Assembly: GCA_002633005.1 (NCBI GenBank)
Contig: NMRA01000078.1
Coordinates: 880,233 to 944,232 of the forward strand
Direction: 5' to 3'
Length of the DNA: 64,000 nucleotides
Source of the DNA: Phoronis australis
Lineage: Eukaryota; Animalia; Phoronida
The notes below the pieces were generated by a model. That model was not told the DNA's origin. It worked only from the letters and a program-made list of their open reading frames with translations, and did not search any database. Shown here in pieces: positions 38,202 to 51,404 of the stretch (its first letter is position 1; the number at the start of each line of letters is the position of its first letter). The position numbers were made by a program, and so were the translations under genes.

Positions 38202-41200
38202 GAGGGTACCTTTCTGATGGTGTTCTTAATTAAGGGGCACCTTTTCTGAAAAAATACACTTCAAAAAGGGACATGACAGAAAGAGACCCATGAAAAAATC
38301 ACCCGGCTTTCGTGGAGATTTATTCCAGTAACACAACCCTTTTTGTGGGGGTAAATCATAGGTAAATCTATTACTTTTGTACAGATTTTTGGATTAACGG
38401 AATTTTTAACCAATTAAATCTAAAAAAGCTGTAAAAAGAGATGCCATGTTGTCAAAAATGAGTTCAGCAAAAAGTTTTTAAAGTATTAATAGATAACAGC
38501 AGAAACCTGTGGATTTTTGGAGTTGGAAAAGGAAACTTTTGTAGAGTTTCAAACTCCCATTATGAATACTTTTGTAGAGAATTGTGTTCGAAAAGCATCC
38601 TTTCATGGAGAAATTGTGAGAAAAGGCACCCACTCATAAGGAAACAGGTTGTCTTAAAATCATCGTTCCAGCGCCTCTTATATGGGAGTCAGGTGCCTCC
38701 CAGGTACTGTAGTATATTGGCAGTGAACGTCTAAAAAAGCCAATGCAACTTGGCATGCTGCACAACGAAAAGCGGCCAGCAGCAAAAGGTATTTATTTCA
38801 AAGGTATACTGTCTGATAAAAAATGACACTGATGTCCCAGGCGTGGCCTGCTTCTTTGCAGGGGAAGTAATTACAGTAATTTCACCTTTTGTGATTGCAA
38901 TGTTGCCACTAAGAAATAGGTAAAAGGCAAATATCAGTAGCATAGGTGCTTAGTCGCTTGTAAACTAACTCAGCACTGCCTGACAATTTGAAAAGTAGCA
39001 CATTCATGCAACGTGTTTTTTCTATCTCCACGAAGGAAGACTTTAATCCAGAATAGGCCTATTATGTTCCAGCTGTCCAATGGATCTTAGAGAAAGTTCC
39101 TCCCAAGCATGGGCGATGGCATTTTTAAATTCTTCATGTTGATTAAGTTTCTTTCTTGCTGGGACGATCACGCACAGCTGTCCTTTATGTTTGAATGTTT
39201 GGTATTGTATTACATGAAATGTAAGGTGTATGGTGAAATATAATGTGCAATGGAGTAAACAAAACAATTGTAACAGCAGGAATGATCTCATTTCTGTCTC
39301 TCAGTGTATTAGCACGACACCTGTTGGTTGTCGTCGGTTCTAGTGCGTTCGTATTATTTAGTTATCTTACCTTATTTGGTCAGGGATTATAGTCCAAGAA
39401 CGTTAACTCAGTTGGTGACTTGTCATTGGCCCGGTTTGTCATGTGACGCGCTGTATAATTGGTGGGCCACCTCGTAACGTGCGGTCACTTTTTCCAGCGT
39501 CGTGCAGGCGCCACATTTCGGCTCCACCAAATTCAACCGATGCGCAGTTCGCAGTTATGCCGAATGCGTAAGCCCACAAAGGTTTAGCCCCTTAAACTTT
39601 CGGCTATATATCTAAATTCACCCCCTATTCACTCCAGAAGCAAGCGATCGGTCTCGTACATGTTCTCCCCACAAACGCTAGGACTTATTGTCTAAGACGC
39701 ATCAAACACAAACGCACGCTCACCGCACAAAGACCGACTACGTTCAACTCAAGATTGCCTGGGAGTAAACGTACTAGCGACTGTACTGTTTGATTTAATT
39801 AACGCTGCATACTATATACTACAACTTGGCGATTGTTTCCTTTGACTTAAATGTTCGTTCGTTTTAACACTAAAATAGTTGACAAGTCCTGTCCGGGCTC
39901 GATAACGCCCCGGAGCGTCTCGATTACACAATAACCAGGCTGAATTGTGTGAATTTTTGTGAGTTCTGTAAATAGCCAAACAGTTCGAAAAACCACCAGT
40001 GTTAGTTCACGATATATATCAATCAATTTTATTTTAGCCAGTGTATTGACTTGCAAGCGGAGGTAAAAGTCGGGAAGCCATCGGTAACTGAATGCGCGGT
40101 AATTGATCTGTTCTACACCCTCTCAGAAAGCGAAATTCGTAAGCTAGCCGGGCTACTTTCTGGTAAAATCACAAAACTCGACACATTTGCTATTTCTTCA
40201 CGATCGGAGATACTTGATGTACCCAACAATGATACGTTTTTGTCCTCGGCCGGGCTAAAAGACCAGTTGCTTTGCCTCGAACACAGTCGCAGCACCGTCG
40301 ACTTTTTAAAGCCATTGTACTGGTTATAACACTTTATTTTTTTACTGAAAAGGACTTTCTCGGCAGAAAAGTAATTTTACAAAAAATTGCTGGATGCAGG
40401 TACGCAGCCTTCGAACGCACTGGCCCGGCTATAGGCCATCGACGTATACCCACGACGTGTCAAATAGCAGGGTTGAAAGACGTACCGAATTCTAGACAAC
40501 GGCGGGAANGGCCTCGAATGTTTGGGGTTGCGCACCTAGTGTTGACTAAAAAAAAAACGGTAAACGGTTTGTGAGTTTCACAAGTTGTTCAGGGCCTATC
40601 GTTGTTTATATTCACCCGACTTTCGCGCACCCGAACTCCCAAATGGTATCTGGTAGAATTTTAGGGGGGGGCTATGGCCCCTTGCCCAAATCCGCCACTG
40701 TTACCTGCCAGTGGGTACTAGTAGGCGATGACATAGTACAACTGTAAGTAAGGTCGTACCGACCAGTAATAGTTAGTGACCTAAACATGAGTAAGGTAAA
40801 AATACTAATCTCTGGTAAGATGGGCAAATAAAAAGCGCCACAAGAGATGTAGTAAGACAGCTCATGCCCATCAAACAAAAACCGCCAGAAAATCATGTTC
40901 ACGCCGTACGTAGCCTGGCCCCCCCCGGCGGCCGGCGCGGCGGCACGCAGTGTGAGGACCGACGTTCGTACGTCCTGCGGCACCGACTCCCAGCTAGTGA
41001 ACCCCAGAAGTGAAATGTTGTTTGGCTGCCCACTCAGGCCTCCGACTACCGGTAAGTCAAAACGAATGAGTTTTTTTATCTCATTGAGTGAAAGCAGATC
41101 AGCGCATATAGTAGCCTACATACAAAGACGTTACACTGGTACATAACCAATGACATTGTACATAACAACAAAGTCTAGCACTCCTAGTGGTGAAGTTGAT

Positions 41201-41217
41201 AACTAACGTGAACAAAC

Positions 41218-41343
41218 ATGGAGGACTCGACCGGTTTCAGCGCACTGGACAGTTTCCTACATTACGGCTTGTTTCTGGGTGCTATATTTCAACTTGTCTG
41301 TATTTTTGCTGTAGTTTTCATTCCATTAAAAGAGGACGAAAAT
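41218..41343 (+). CDS. MANBAL: Second (probably allelic) copy of MANBAL coding exon 1
   Basis: Encodes the same 42 aa as 42642-42767 and has a GTAAGT donor. Confidence 0.7.
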
Positions 41344-42641
41344 GTAAGTCGTGCACTGCTTTTTGTATGTTGTAAACGTAAAATCACGGAAGGGTTTAAA
41401 ATCAAGCCGCTGCTTGACTTGCAACCTGTCCTGTCTTGCTGTGCGTGAACTTGGAATCCTGCTCTCAAGATCGCGTATGCGTGAACTTCGAATTGACTAT
41501 TCATTTGGGCAGTCTGGTGAATTTTGTGCTCAGTGTAAAGAATATTTGTATTTATTGCTCTCATCATCTCCCATTTTCTTCTTTAGTTGAACTTGTCTCT
41601 AAGAATCTGAGGAATATGTGAATGGTTAAATCAATTATTGTTTGATGAATAAAATCGCCATACGCCATCTTGAGATTAATCAAGATTCCAAGTTCACGCA
41701 CAGCGGTCCTATTTACTAGAGTCTAAAAGGCAACTAGGGAATGATGTGTGTAAGATTTAAAGAACCTCGAAATTACAAACCGCGTGGGTAGTGCTGCTCA
41801 TCACTTTGTCATGAAACAATGAGTGACAATGCAGCGTGTAGAAACCACAGGGCCGTAGAAACTAGTCTAGGGCAGGCAATTACATTGTCTTGAATAGCGC
41901 AAGCATACAGCCTTACCGNCAGATGCGCGCGCCCAGCCTAAAATGTGGGGACGCAGATCGAGGCCTCGAATGTTTGGGGTTGCGGACCTCAGTGTTGACT
42001 AAAAACTGAAAAAACGGTACGGGGTTTGTTCAGTTTCACAAGTTGTTCAGGGCCTATCGTTGTTTCACCCGACTTTCGCGCACCCGAACTCCCAAATGGT
42101 ATCTGGTAGAATTTTAGGGGGGGGGGCAATGGCCCCTTGCCCAAATCCGCCACTGGTTACCAGTGAAACCAAGACTCCTGCCAGTGGGTACATGAGTAAG
42201 GTAAAAATACTAATCTCTGATAAGATGGGCAAATAAAAAGCGCCACAAGAGATGTAGTAAGACAGCACATGCCCATCAAACAAAAACCGACACATTTTAA
42301 AATGCGCGTTTTCACTATACCCTATATCGTGCCACTGTTGGGCAGCCGGCCGGCGCGGTGACACGCAGTGTGAGGACCGACGTAGTTGACGTACGTCCTG
42401 CGGCACCGACTCCCAGCTAGTGAACCCCATAAGTGAAATGCCTTTTGACTGCTCCACTCGGGACTACCGGATTAAAGTGAAACGAATGAGTTTTTTTTTA
42501 TCTCATTGAGTGAAAGCAGATCAGCGCATAGTAGCCCACATACAAAGACGTTACAGTCTCTGGTACATAACCAATGACATTGTACATAATAACAAAGTCT
42601 AGCACTCCTAGTGGTGAAGTTGATAACTAACGTGAACAAAC

Positions 42642-43878
42642 ATGGAGGACTCAACCGGTTTCAGCGCACTGGACAGTTTCCTACATTACGGCTTGTTTCT
42701 GGGTGCTATATTTCAACTTGTCTGCATTTTTGCTGTAGTTTTCATTCCATTAAAAGAGGACGAAAATGTAAGTCGTGCACTGCTTTTTGTAAGTTGTAAA
42801 CGTAAAATCACGGAAGGGTTTAAAATCGGGCCGCTGCTTGACGTGCAACCTGTCTTGCTGTGCGTGAACTTGGAATCCTGCTCTCAAGATCGCGTATGCG
42901 TGAACTTCGAATTGACTATTCATTTGGGTAGTCTGGTGAATTTTGTGCTCAGTGTAAAGAATATTTGTAATTATTGCTCTCATCATCACCCATTTTCTTC
43001 TTTAGTCTAACTTGTCTCGAAGAATCTGAGGAATATGTGAATGGTTAAATCAAATTCAATTATTGTTTGATGAATAAATTCGCCATACGCGATCTTGAAA
43101 TTAATCAAGGTTCCAAGTTCACGCACAGCGGTCCTATGCCTAGGCAATGACCATCGCCTCTGTTGGCCCGATGCAGAGGCTATAGGCGCTCTGTACGCCG
43201 GAAGCTTTTCGGCGAATTTAGGCAATGACCATCGCCTCTGTTGGCCAACAGAGGCGATGGTCATTGCCTATCCTATGCCAAGCTTTTATATTTACTAGAG
43301 TCTAAAAGGCAACTAGGGAACGATGTGTGTAAGATTTAAAGAACCTCGAAATTACAAACCGCGTGGGTAGTGCTGCTCATCACTTAGTCATGAAACAATG
43401 ACAATGCAGCGTATAGAAACCACAGGGCCGTAGAGGGCAGGCAGTTACATTGAATAGCGCAAGCATACAGCCTAACCGGCCAACCGAGGGGCAACGTGTT
43501 GGCTAGTTTAGGGTAGCATATAGCGGGCAACAATTTTAGCCTGTTATGGCTGTATGTTCACAAATACAGGGACTATTGTATTCGACTAGTTATCGAACAG
43601 GCCACAGGAGCTTATCGGGAAAATAGGTTTGGAGGGTTATGTGTGCCAATGTGGTAAATATTGTGCCCTCTGATTTTGTGTTAGTTTCTGGGTGGGCAAA
43701 CGAGAGAAGTTGTTACAATGATGAGTATTATTGGGGAGTTTTCAGTATCCAGGTTTAATTGTGTCTTTGTTTAACATTGCAGGAGGCGGTGGAGGAATCA
43801 AATACACATACACCTGCCACAAGTCGAGCGACAGAATCTCAGAAACGTCCGAAACACGAAAAGAAGAAACGAAAATGA
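42642..43878 (+). CDS. MANBAL: Protein MANBAL (UPF0239) homologue, 73 aa. Exons 42642-42767, 43783-43878
   Basis: FLHYGLFLGAIFQLVCIFAVV transmembrane motif, a phase-0 intron, and a second exon EAVEESN...QKRPKHEKKKRK* giving the family's basic C-terminus. Confidence 0.9.
43141..43270. mobile_element. 130-bp MITE with 28-bp perfect TIRs and a 9-bp TSD (Mutator-like signature)
   Basis: TIR TAGGCAATGACCATCGCCTCTGTTGGCC. TCCTATGCC occurs at 43132-43140 and 43271-43279. The element is absent from the other copy of the intron (about 41710). Confidence 0.9.
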
Positions 43879-45519
43879 TGTCTGGATGTTTGTGCACATG
43901 CGGATGTATTGTAAATAGCCTGCAAGAACACAACTGATGAGCAGTGTTATGGCTGTTCTTGTCTATCTATTAGCAGTTGGTGAACTGGACACATTTTGTA
44001 CATAGTTGAGTTTGGTTATGGGACCATTGGTGACGAGAAGTGGAATGATTATGGAACAGAGATACACTTACGATGTCATAAGATGTCATGTAACCACTGA
44101 GCCAGTATTCATGAGCATTTGGAAGAGTTTGGCTGCAAAGATGCACTGCTGCGAGGTAGTGTAGACCTCTGATTCAGGAATAAGGGATTGTGGATTGGTT
44201 ATCTTTACACAGAGGCACTATATATGATGAGATGATGTAAATCATTGGATCAGAACTGATGAGAGTATGAATGGTTATCCCTAGAAATATGCAGTATAAC
44301 TTTGAGATCTCAATATCATGATGTGAACAACAGGGCTTGGTTTGATGAGCATTGGATATTTGATATCCCTAAAAATGAACACTGTACATGGTGAGATGGA
44401 GTACAGCTCTGAGCTGTGAGTGATGAGTGTTGGAGTATTCTTACAAAGATGCACCATACGTAGTGAAATAGTGTAAATCACTAGATCAGGAGTGATGAAC
44501 AGAATTGACTACCCCAGCTCATCTAACTGTTGTTTGTTTGATCTCACAGTGCCCGTAGTAGTACAGTGATTGGCTTGTCAGCAGTACTAGTCAGGCTAAG
44601 TTGGCATTGGTGACACATTTCGCTAACGCGGCAGCATAACTGGCTATTGTATATGTTTTAGTGTAGCCTACACGTAGGTTTGGTGTATTGCCAAAATTCA
44701 GTACTCGGGGTTGTCAGTCCAACATTTGGCTTATGGCCAGCACCAATAGAATCTTCATAAATTCACAAGACATATTTGTCTGGTTAGCGGAAATACTCCT
44801 GTGGATTGAAAACCACTGAGGGCTTTTTTCATCCAACTTCACATAATCTATTGGTGTTTCATAGATGCTGAGAAACATAACAAAACAGGTGTGTGAAGGT
44901 AGTGTGTGCCATAGTATCAAAACAAAAACCAATGTAGTAGATGAAAGGTACAGTGTTCATTTAAATATATCATGATTATGCTTATAATTAGTTATTAAGG
45001 ATTAGTTATTAAGGATTAGTTATTAAGGGTGTTGCAATAGCTCTAACATGACTTTTAAAGATGCTTAGTCTCATTAAATTGGGAATATGCAAATGAAGTA
45101 CTAATTTACAAACAACCCTGGGGATCACTAAGTTTGCAGTGTTCTTGTCTGGACAATAGTTGAATGTGAGGGCAGTCAGGAAAAGTTGTCAGTCACAATG
45201 TTTAAGTGGGGAAAAGTATGCACTTCGAAATGTGAATGTTTAGGTTATAGTGGAGTTATAATAATTTCGGTTAAAACGGAAACTCTGTATGCAGAAGTGG
45301 TAACAGTGCTGGATGGAAAAACACCGCTGCTTCCACTCAAAATTTCAACATTGTTATCAAAATTTTAAAGTAAATATCAGTCTCAGGACTGGAAAGTTAC
45401 AATTAGTAACAAATATAGGCATTAATGTAAGTTAATAAATAAATGTATATTTAATAAACCTGCCAAGCAAATACAAAAAGAAATGTTTGTACAAAAACCT
45501 TATCACGCCCTCCCGCATC

Positions 45520-46428
45520 TTACTGGGTAGGTTGAGTACATGGTTGGGCACATTCCGTTTTGTCGGCCATTTGTCCCACATCCTCTCCATTTGCATATTG
45601 CCGATATTCCTCCTTGAATCTCACCACCGGAAGTTCACCGCGCACGACACTGATGAGGTCCATTACTTCTTGGTAGTTGTGTTGTGTGTTCTCTTCCAAC
45701 CAACAGCAGAACTTCCGTGTTGGAAAGGTAACTCTCTTGCGCTGAATTCTCTGGTAGTATTCCTCCGCCTCGAAGCTGGGGTCAAGCGGCGGGGCGTAAG
45801 ACTTCGAGATCTCCGTTTTATCTTCGTTCTCATCCAAGAGAAAGTCAATGTACGCAGAGACGATGTCTTGTAGTTTATCCTCTATGTTGTTATGGCAACG
45901 GCGTGTGGGTATTGCCAACGCAGATGGTTGGAGGCTGCCGTGGCACGTTTGAATCACTTGGTTTGGTGCCAACATTTGTGTTTGGGTGTAAAAATAATTC
46001 TCATGCTGTCCAGGCACTCGATCGGACCCTGCCGCTGGCCCACTGCCTTGAGGAACGCCCATCATTGGCTGGGCCACTCGAGGGATGTAGAATATATACT
46101 GTGGCATCGTGGAACTCTCCGGGGTCGTCGGCACCTGGTCATCCGGTCTTGCCGGATGTTGCGGGCTGGGTTCGTGCTTTTGTTCAACCATAGGAGATGG
46201 TTCGGGAATAGTTTCGGTCGCTGAAGTCACGGGGACATCACACGTAGGACGGACGCTCGTGTGGTTTATGTTGGAGCGAGCTTCTCTTCGATCCTTTGAC
46301 TTCGGGGGCCGCCCCCTGCCGCAACTGCTGGAGCTGCTCTTTGTCTCGCGCGCCTTTACTCCGCGGAGTTTCCTCCCCGAGCGCGCGTTTTCTTCACTGG
46401 AAGATTTGGTTGCTTTGTACGAAACCAT
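45520..46428 (-). CDS. Uncharacterised intronless protein, 302 aa, with a basic N-terminus and an AT-hook-like motif
   Basis: 909-nt ORF, visibly more GC-rich than its flanks, with the ATG in ATCATGG context. GRGRPPK motif, P/Q-rich middle and a helical-looking C-terminal ~100 aa. No family recognised. Confidence 0.7.
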   Translation of the reverse strand: MVSYKATKSSSEENARSGRKLRGVKARETKSSSSSCGRGRPPKSKDRREARSNINHTSVRPTCDVPVTSATETIPEPSPMVEQKHEPSPQHPARPDDQVPTTPESSTMPQYIFYIPRVAQPMMGVPQGSGPAAGSDRVPGQHENYFYTQTQMLAPNQVIQTCHGSLQPSALAIPTRRCHNNIEDKLQDIVSAYIDFLLDENEDKTEISKSYAPPLDPSFEAEEYYQRIQRKRVTFPTRKFCCWLEENTQHNYQEVMDLISVVRGELPVVRFKEEYRQYANGEDVGQMADKTECAQPCTQPTQ

Positions 46429-49043
46429 GATTGCAAGAACACTGGCGAGAGATTTTTCGTCGCCGTTGTTGCACAGCAAGAACAATAATATTGTTGTCAG
46501 CGTGTGATGTCATGCTTTGTTCAACATCACGATGACATCAGGCGTGGCCCTTTGTTGCTGTTTCAGGTCTGCCTTTTGGTGTCGCTGTAAAAAATCTCCA
46601 GTTCAAGGAGATGTTCTAGATTTTCTCCCTGTGTTATCGTGACAAAATTAAACCTGTGACTAAAAACTGTAGTGTGACATTCTGCGTGTCGTGTCGCGTA
46701 ATTCGTGACGTGGTGCCATGAAATCCCGCTTTTTGCTGTAAAACAAGGTCATCATGTGAAAAATGTGTTCATGGTATAAAGAATATGGCCCTGTAGTGTT
46801 GATTAATTAGAGTGAGATGAAATTAGAAGACCCACGCATCGGTTATTCAAGTCGAACTAGTATCACAAATTTCCGAAACTAATAAATTTACTTCGCGACT
46901 GCCGGCACTTGATTGACTTCACCGGTTCCGCTCACACAGTACAGAAAGCTTCCCCCTCCCCCATCATTGCTTAACTTAGCAGCAAGAGTGATTTAATTGT
47001 CGGACTTTCATTTAGGAAAGTGAAAGGCTCCCTACTCGGAAGTCGCGGTCATAGTTTCGGGATTCAGCCGGGGAAATCAACAGGTTATTATTCGTGAAGA
47101 CTGAAAACAGGCTTTTGAGCAGCAGGTATAGCCTAACGCTTAAAATCAAAGTAAGCATGAATGTTGGACTATTCTGGAAGACGGAAGAAGAATGCAAACC
47201 CACGCGGCTGTCTAACTAAGAAAACTCCGCATTTCTGGAAATGCATCTATGGTCTCGCACGGCCATCGCTCGACTCGTTCCCAAATATGCTTATTCTAGA
47301 AAAGGTTCGACAACTCCAACGGTCTTCGACTTAGTTTCCTTTCTCACAAAACCTCAGAATATTAGCCCTTGCCCCATTTCACGCCGGGTTTTGTCAGCAC
47401 TGCACCTTCATCGGCCACAAGACCATTTTCACGGGCAACGAAAGATAGCCGATTACTAAGATCGCTGTCTCGATTTCAGTTATAACTTTGAGTGCACGGG
47501 ATTATATAATAATTTTATAAAAAACAACAGATTTTGCTGTTTCAGCTGTTCGAGGTTTCGTTACCCCAACGCCTGAGACTGTGACTACCTGATCTAATCG
47601 ATTCACAATAGCGGAGTTGCAACCGAATCGATTTAACGATTGCGCATGTCCGGAAATTAAGGTGCGCAAAGGCTACTGGGATTGTTGATGGTAAACGGGA
47701 TGGCCGACTGGTTTGCACGACGTGTAATTTGTGTGCATTAAACTACGCTGTTGTATGTAATTCTGCCGCTATTCGCCCTAATTAGCGCCCATGGCTCATC
47801 AAGTGCCCCAACGCGTTTTCAGACTTTGCTAAAGTAAGCGCCCANTCTTCACTGGAAGATTTGGTTGCTTTGTACGAAACCATGATTCCAAGAACACTGG
47901 CGAGAGATTTTTCGTCGCCGTTGTTGCACAGCAAGAACAATAATATTGTTGTCAGCGTGTGATGTCATGCTTTGTTCAACATCACGATGACATCAGGCGT
48001 GGCCCTTTGTTGCTGTTTCAGGTCTGCCTTTTGGTGTCGCTGTAAAAAATCTCCAGTTCAAGGAGATGTTCTAGATTTTCTCCCTGTGTTATCGTGACAA
48101 AAATTAAACCTGTGACTAAAAACTGTAGTGTGACATTCTGCGTGTCGTGTCGCGTAATTCGTGACGTGGTGCCATAAAATCCCGCCGCTTTTTGCTGTAA
48201 AACAAGGTCAGCATGTGAAAAATGTGTTCATGGTATGAAGAATTTGGCCCTGTAGTGTTGATTAATTAGAGTGAGGTGAACTTAGAAGACCCATGCACGC
48301 ATCGGTTATTCAAGTCGAACTGGTATCACAAATTTCCGAAACTAGTAAATTGACTTCACTTGATTGACTTCGCCGGTTCCGCAAACACAGTGTAAAAAGC
48401 TTCACCCTCCCCCATTAGCAGTGATTTAATTATCGGACTTTCGTCTAGGAAAGTGAAAGGCTCCCTACTCGGAAGTCGCGGTCAGAACAGTTTCGGGATT
48501 CAGCCGGGAAAATCAACAGGTTATTCGTGAAGACTGAAAACAGGCTTTTGAGCAGCACTGAGGTATAGCCTAACGCTTAAAATCAAAGTGAGCAAGAATG
48601 TTGGACTATTCTGGAAGACGGAAGAAGAATGCAAACCGCCCACGCGGCTGTCTAACCAAGAAAACTCAGCATTTCTGGAATTGCATATGGTCTCGTACGG
48701 CCATCGCTCGACTCGTTCCCAGATATGCTTATTCTAGAAAGGGTTCGACAACTCCAACGGGCGTCGGCTTTGTTTCCTTTCTCACAAAACCTCAGAATAT
48801 TAGCCCTTGCCCCATTTCACGCCGGGTTTTGTCAGCACTGCACCTTCATCGGCCACAAGACCATTTTCACGGGCAACGAAATAGCCGATTACTTAGATCG
48901 CTGTCTCGATTTCAGTTATAACTTTGAGTGCGCGGGATTATATAATAATTTTATAAAAAAACAACAGATTTTGCTGTTTCCTATTCGAGGTTTCGTTACC
49001 CCAACGCCTGAGACTGCGACTACCTGCTCTTATCGATTCACAA
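46391..49043. repeat. Tandem near-duplicate (46391-47610 vs 47846-49043) across the N at 47845; probable allelic duplication
   Basis: Colinear with SNPs and small indels. Includes the first 13 codons and upstream region of the orphan ORF. Confidence 0.85.
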
Positions 49044-51404
49044 TTTAATACGCGTGGCTTAGCCGCGATACTGAGGAAATCCTGTTCTCGAATTTCTCTT
49101 ATAATGCGTAGATTTAAAAAAATGGTAGAAGGCAGTTGTTTACTTCTCAATTTCAAAAAGTCATGCAGGTCGTTTGCCTTACTTAGTGTTCTTTTTTACT
49201 TCAAAACCAGCACGCGTAACATGCTAGTTGTTTAAGACCGACATTATCGCCATTAATAGCGACTTCATATCTGCGGTGGCGCCATCACGCTTTTGATGTG
49301 CTGGATTCTCTGACATGGCAGCCTCCCGTTCAGTAACGCTAGGACCTCGCTATAAAGCAAGACTTCGCGAGATTACGAGAGATATTGCCGTGTATTTTAA
49401 ATGAGAGCAGGTGACTTTGACTAGGTCCTAGCGTACATTGTAGGTCCTAGCGTAGGTCCTAGCGTCTATTGAACGCACGCCAGGACACGCTTTCTCGACC
49501 ACTTGCGTGCAAATCTTGTCAGCGTAAGATTTGCCTAATGTATGGAATAATTCAACATCCCAATCTCAGTCATTGACCAATTAAGTTTGTATACGTCCAT
49601 ACATTTTGCTACTGTAGGTTACAAAAGTAAAGACGTGCGTGACCTAGTTGGGCTCAGTGTCTTGGTAATTATGATAAAGTTCCCCACACGAACAAAAATA
49701 ATTGCAATTTTTGCATTTTTCAAAAAGTTCACTCCAATTTTAAAATTCTCAAATTTCCCCGGGGGCTTGTCACAACAGTGTTGACGAGTTCTGAAACACG
49801 AACAGTGAAAACAATGAAGTAAACTTCTTGAAAATTTAGGTTCTACATTGAAGAAACTCAACTGCAGGTAGTTCAAGTAAGGCGCCAATTCAAACTTTAA
49901 ACACCCATGCACTATCCGATCTTTTAAGTTTCTCAAATGCACAGGGTAACAAGCCAGGTTTTTTAAAAATAATTTATTTCAACAAAATAATAGAAATTAG
50001 CAACCCATGTGAGAAGGAATAAAACCTTCACTCTCACATTCAAACTGCCCACTTCTCAGTGCTTAACTTTAATTTGCAGTGAATCTCTATCATAAAATGC
50101 TTCCTGCTTTCATCTATTCAGGTCTTTAAAAGGGCCATTATCCACTAGTGCCACCTGGTGGATACAAAGTGTCCCATTATACTTATTTACCTCTGAGGAA
50201 TGCTTCACTCTCATAGTCACACTTCTCTGCTCTGATTGACTTTACTTACAGTGAATCTATAAGGATGACAAAAAGCTATGCCAGGGGACGATTCTCTTAG
50301 TTTCATATTTTTCCATACCTGGACAACATGAATTACATTTTGTTTAATTTCCCAAGTACAGGGCTACAGGTGGCCTTGGAACAAGTATAACAAAAGTAAC
50401 CCAGATGAGTACAGAGGGTGCAATCAAACCGTTTGTTTACAACCCAGCTTTAAAGATTTTAGCATATCTGCAACAAAAATTTATCTTAAGGATCCAGTTT
50501 TGAACTCGTACTTAAAACAATTTTTTCTTGTAAATGTAACACTTACAGACACGGTTACAGATTAAAAATCAATTAGACAGCACGTCTGAGACGATCATTC
50601 ATCACAATTTTAACTAATTCGCCCAGTTTATTAGTTAAATATTCACCAACATGTGACACGCCACAAGACATTTCCGGTAGGCAAAATAAGCCAACGTGTT
50701 ACACCATTCACACTAGCTTGGCAATCTGTCACACAGACTCCCATTGTATCATAGCCAATATAGGTATACTTCCACAGATATTCGCCAGTAACAGATTATA
50801 TGAAAACCTGTATGGTTCAACATTTGATTAGTGCAGGGCAATACATTGGTGACCACCTGGCTACTCTAGGCAGGTTGACTTCCAGTGACCATTAGTCTAG
50901 ACTTTAATATCTGATCAAACAGCCCAATGAACAGGGCACTATGTCTTTATGGCCAGTTCCCATTTCATTACAGTGTATGGAATTAAGTCTTTCACAGCAC
51001 TTGGGGTATTAACCGTGTCAATGGAAATGTGGAACACTGCCAAAGGGAGATGCGGCCACAATTTTCAAAAGTGAAGCTGTCCATGTATGTGTGTTAGGTG
51101 ATTCATCACAGCCACGACAGATCTTGGTTATGTGTGGAGCTTTCTACTAGCAATACAGTTGGAGAGTTTGTAGACACCAGCAAACTTCGATGAACTTTAA
51201 CTGCTGCAAATGTGGACCGTCATCTAATGAAGCTAAGGCACTGCAGATAAACAACAGCCTCCAATCTACGCAATGCGCAGACTGAAGGCGTCAATAAAAG
51301 CCGAGGCTCCAACCCAGATCAAACGCGGGTTGCAAACGTTGCACGAGAGTGCCGTCTGCGTTGCGTCTTGCAGCAAGCCACAAAATAAGCCAGGACTCAC
51401 GAAA

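Larger units (their letters stand above)
40510..43478. repeat. Tandem near-duplicate (40510-41918 vs about 41961-43478) bounded by Ns at 40509 and 41919; probable allelic duplication
   Basis: Colinear with scattered SNPs and indels. Both copies contain MANBAL exon 1. Confidence 0.85.

Noticed and set aside
39043-39160. Tc1/mariner C-terminal-like peptide (FKNAIAHAWEELS) on the minus strand
   Set aside because: Only about 25 aa, with no DDE motif or TIRs seen; too weak to call.
39300-40508. CpG-richer block with short ORFs before the N at 40509
   Set aside because: No recognisable domain, termini or second copy in the window. It may be a repeat, but that cannot be supported.
41218-41343. Alternative first exons or paralogues of MANBAL (and likewise TXNL4B at 56241-56375)
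   Set aside because: The copies abut N joins and encode identical peptides. Uncollapsed haplotypes are the simpler explanation.
44224-44262. ATGATGA...CTGA as a C/D snoRNA
   Set aside because: It is too short, has no terminal stem, and lies in the presumed MANBAL 3'UTR rather than an intron.
44987-45028. TTAGTTATTAAGGA x3 as a telomere-like seed
   Set aside because: It is a short 14-bp local tandem repeat, not TTAGGG or TTAGG.
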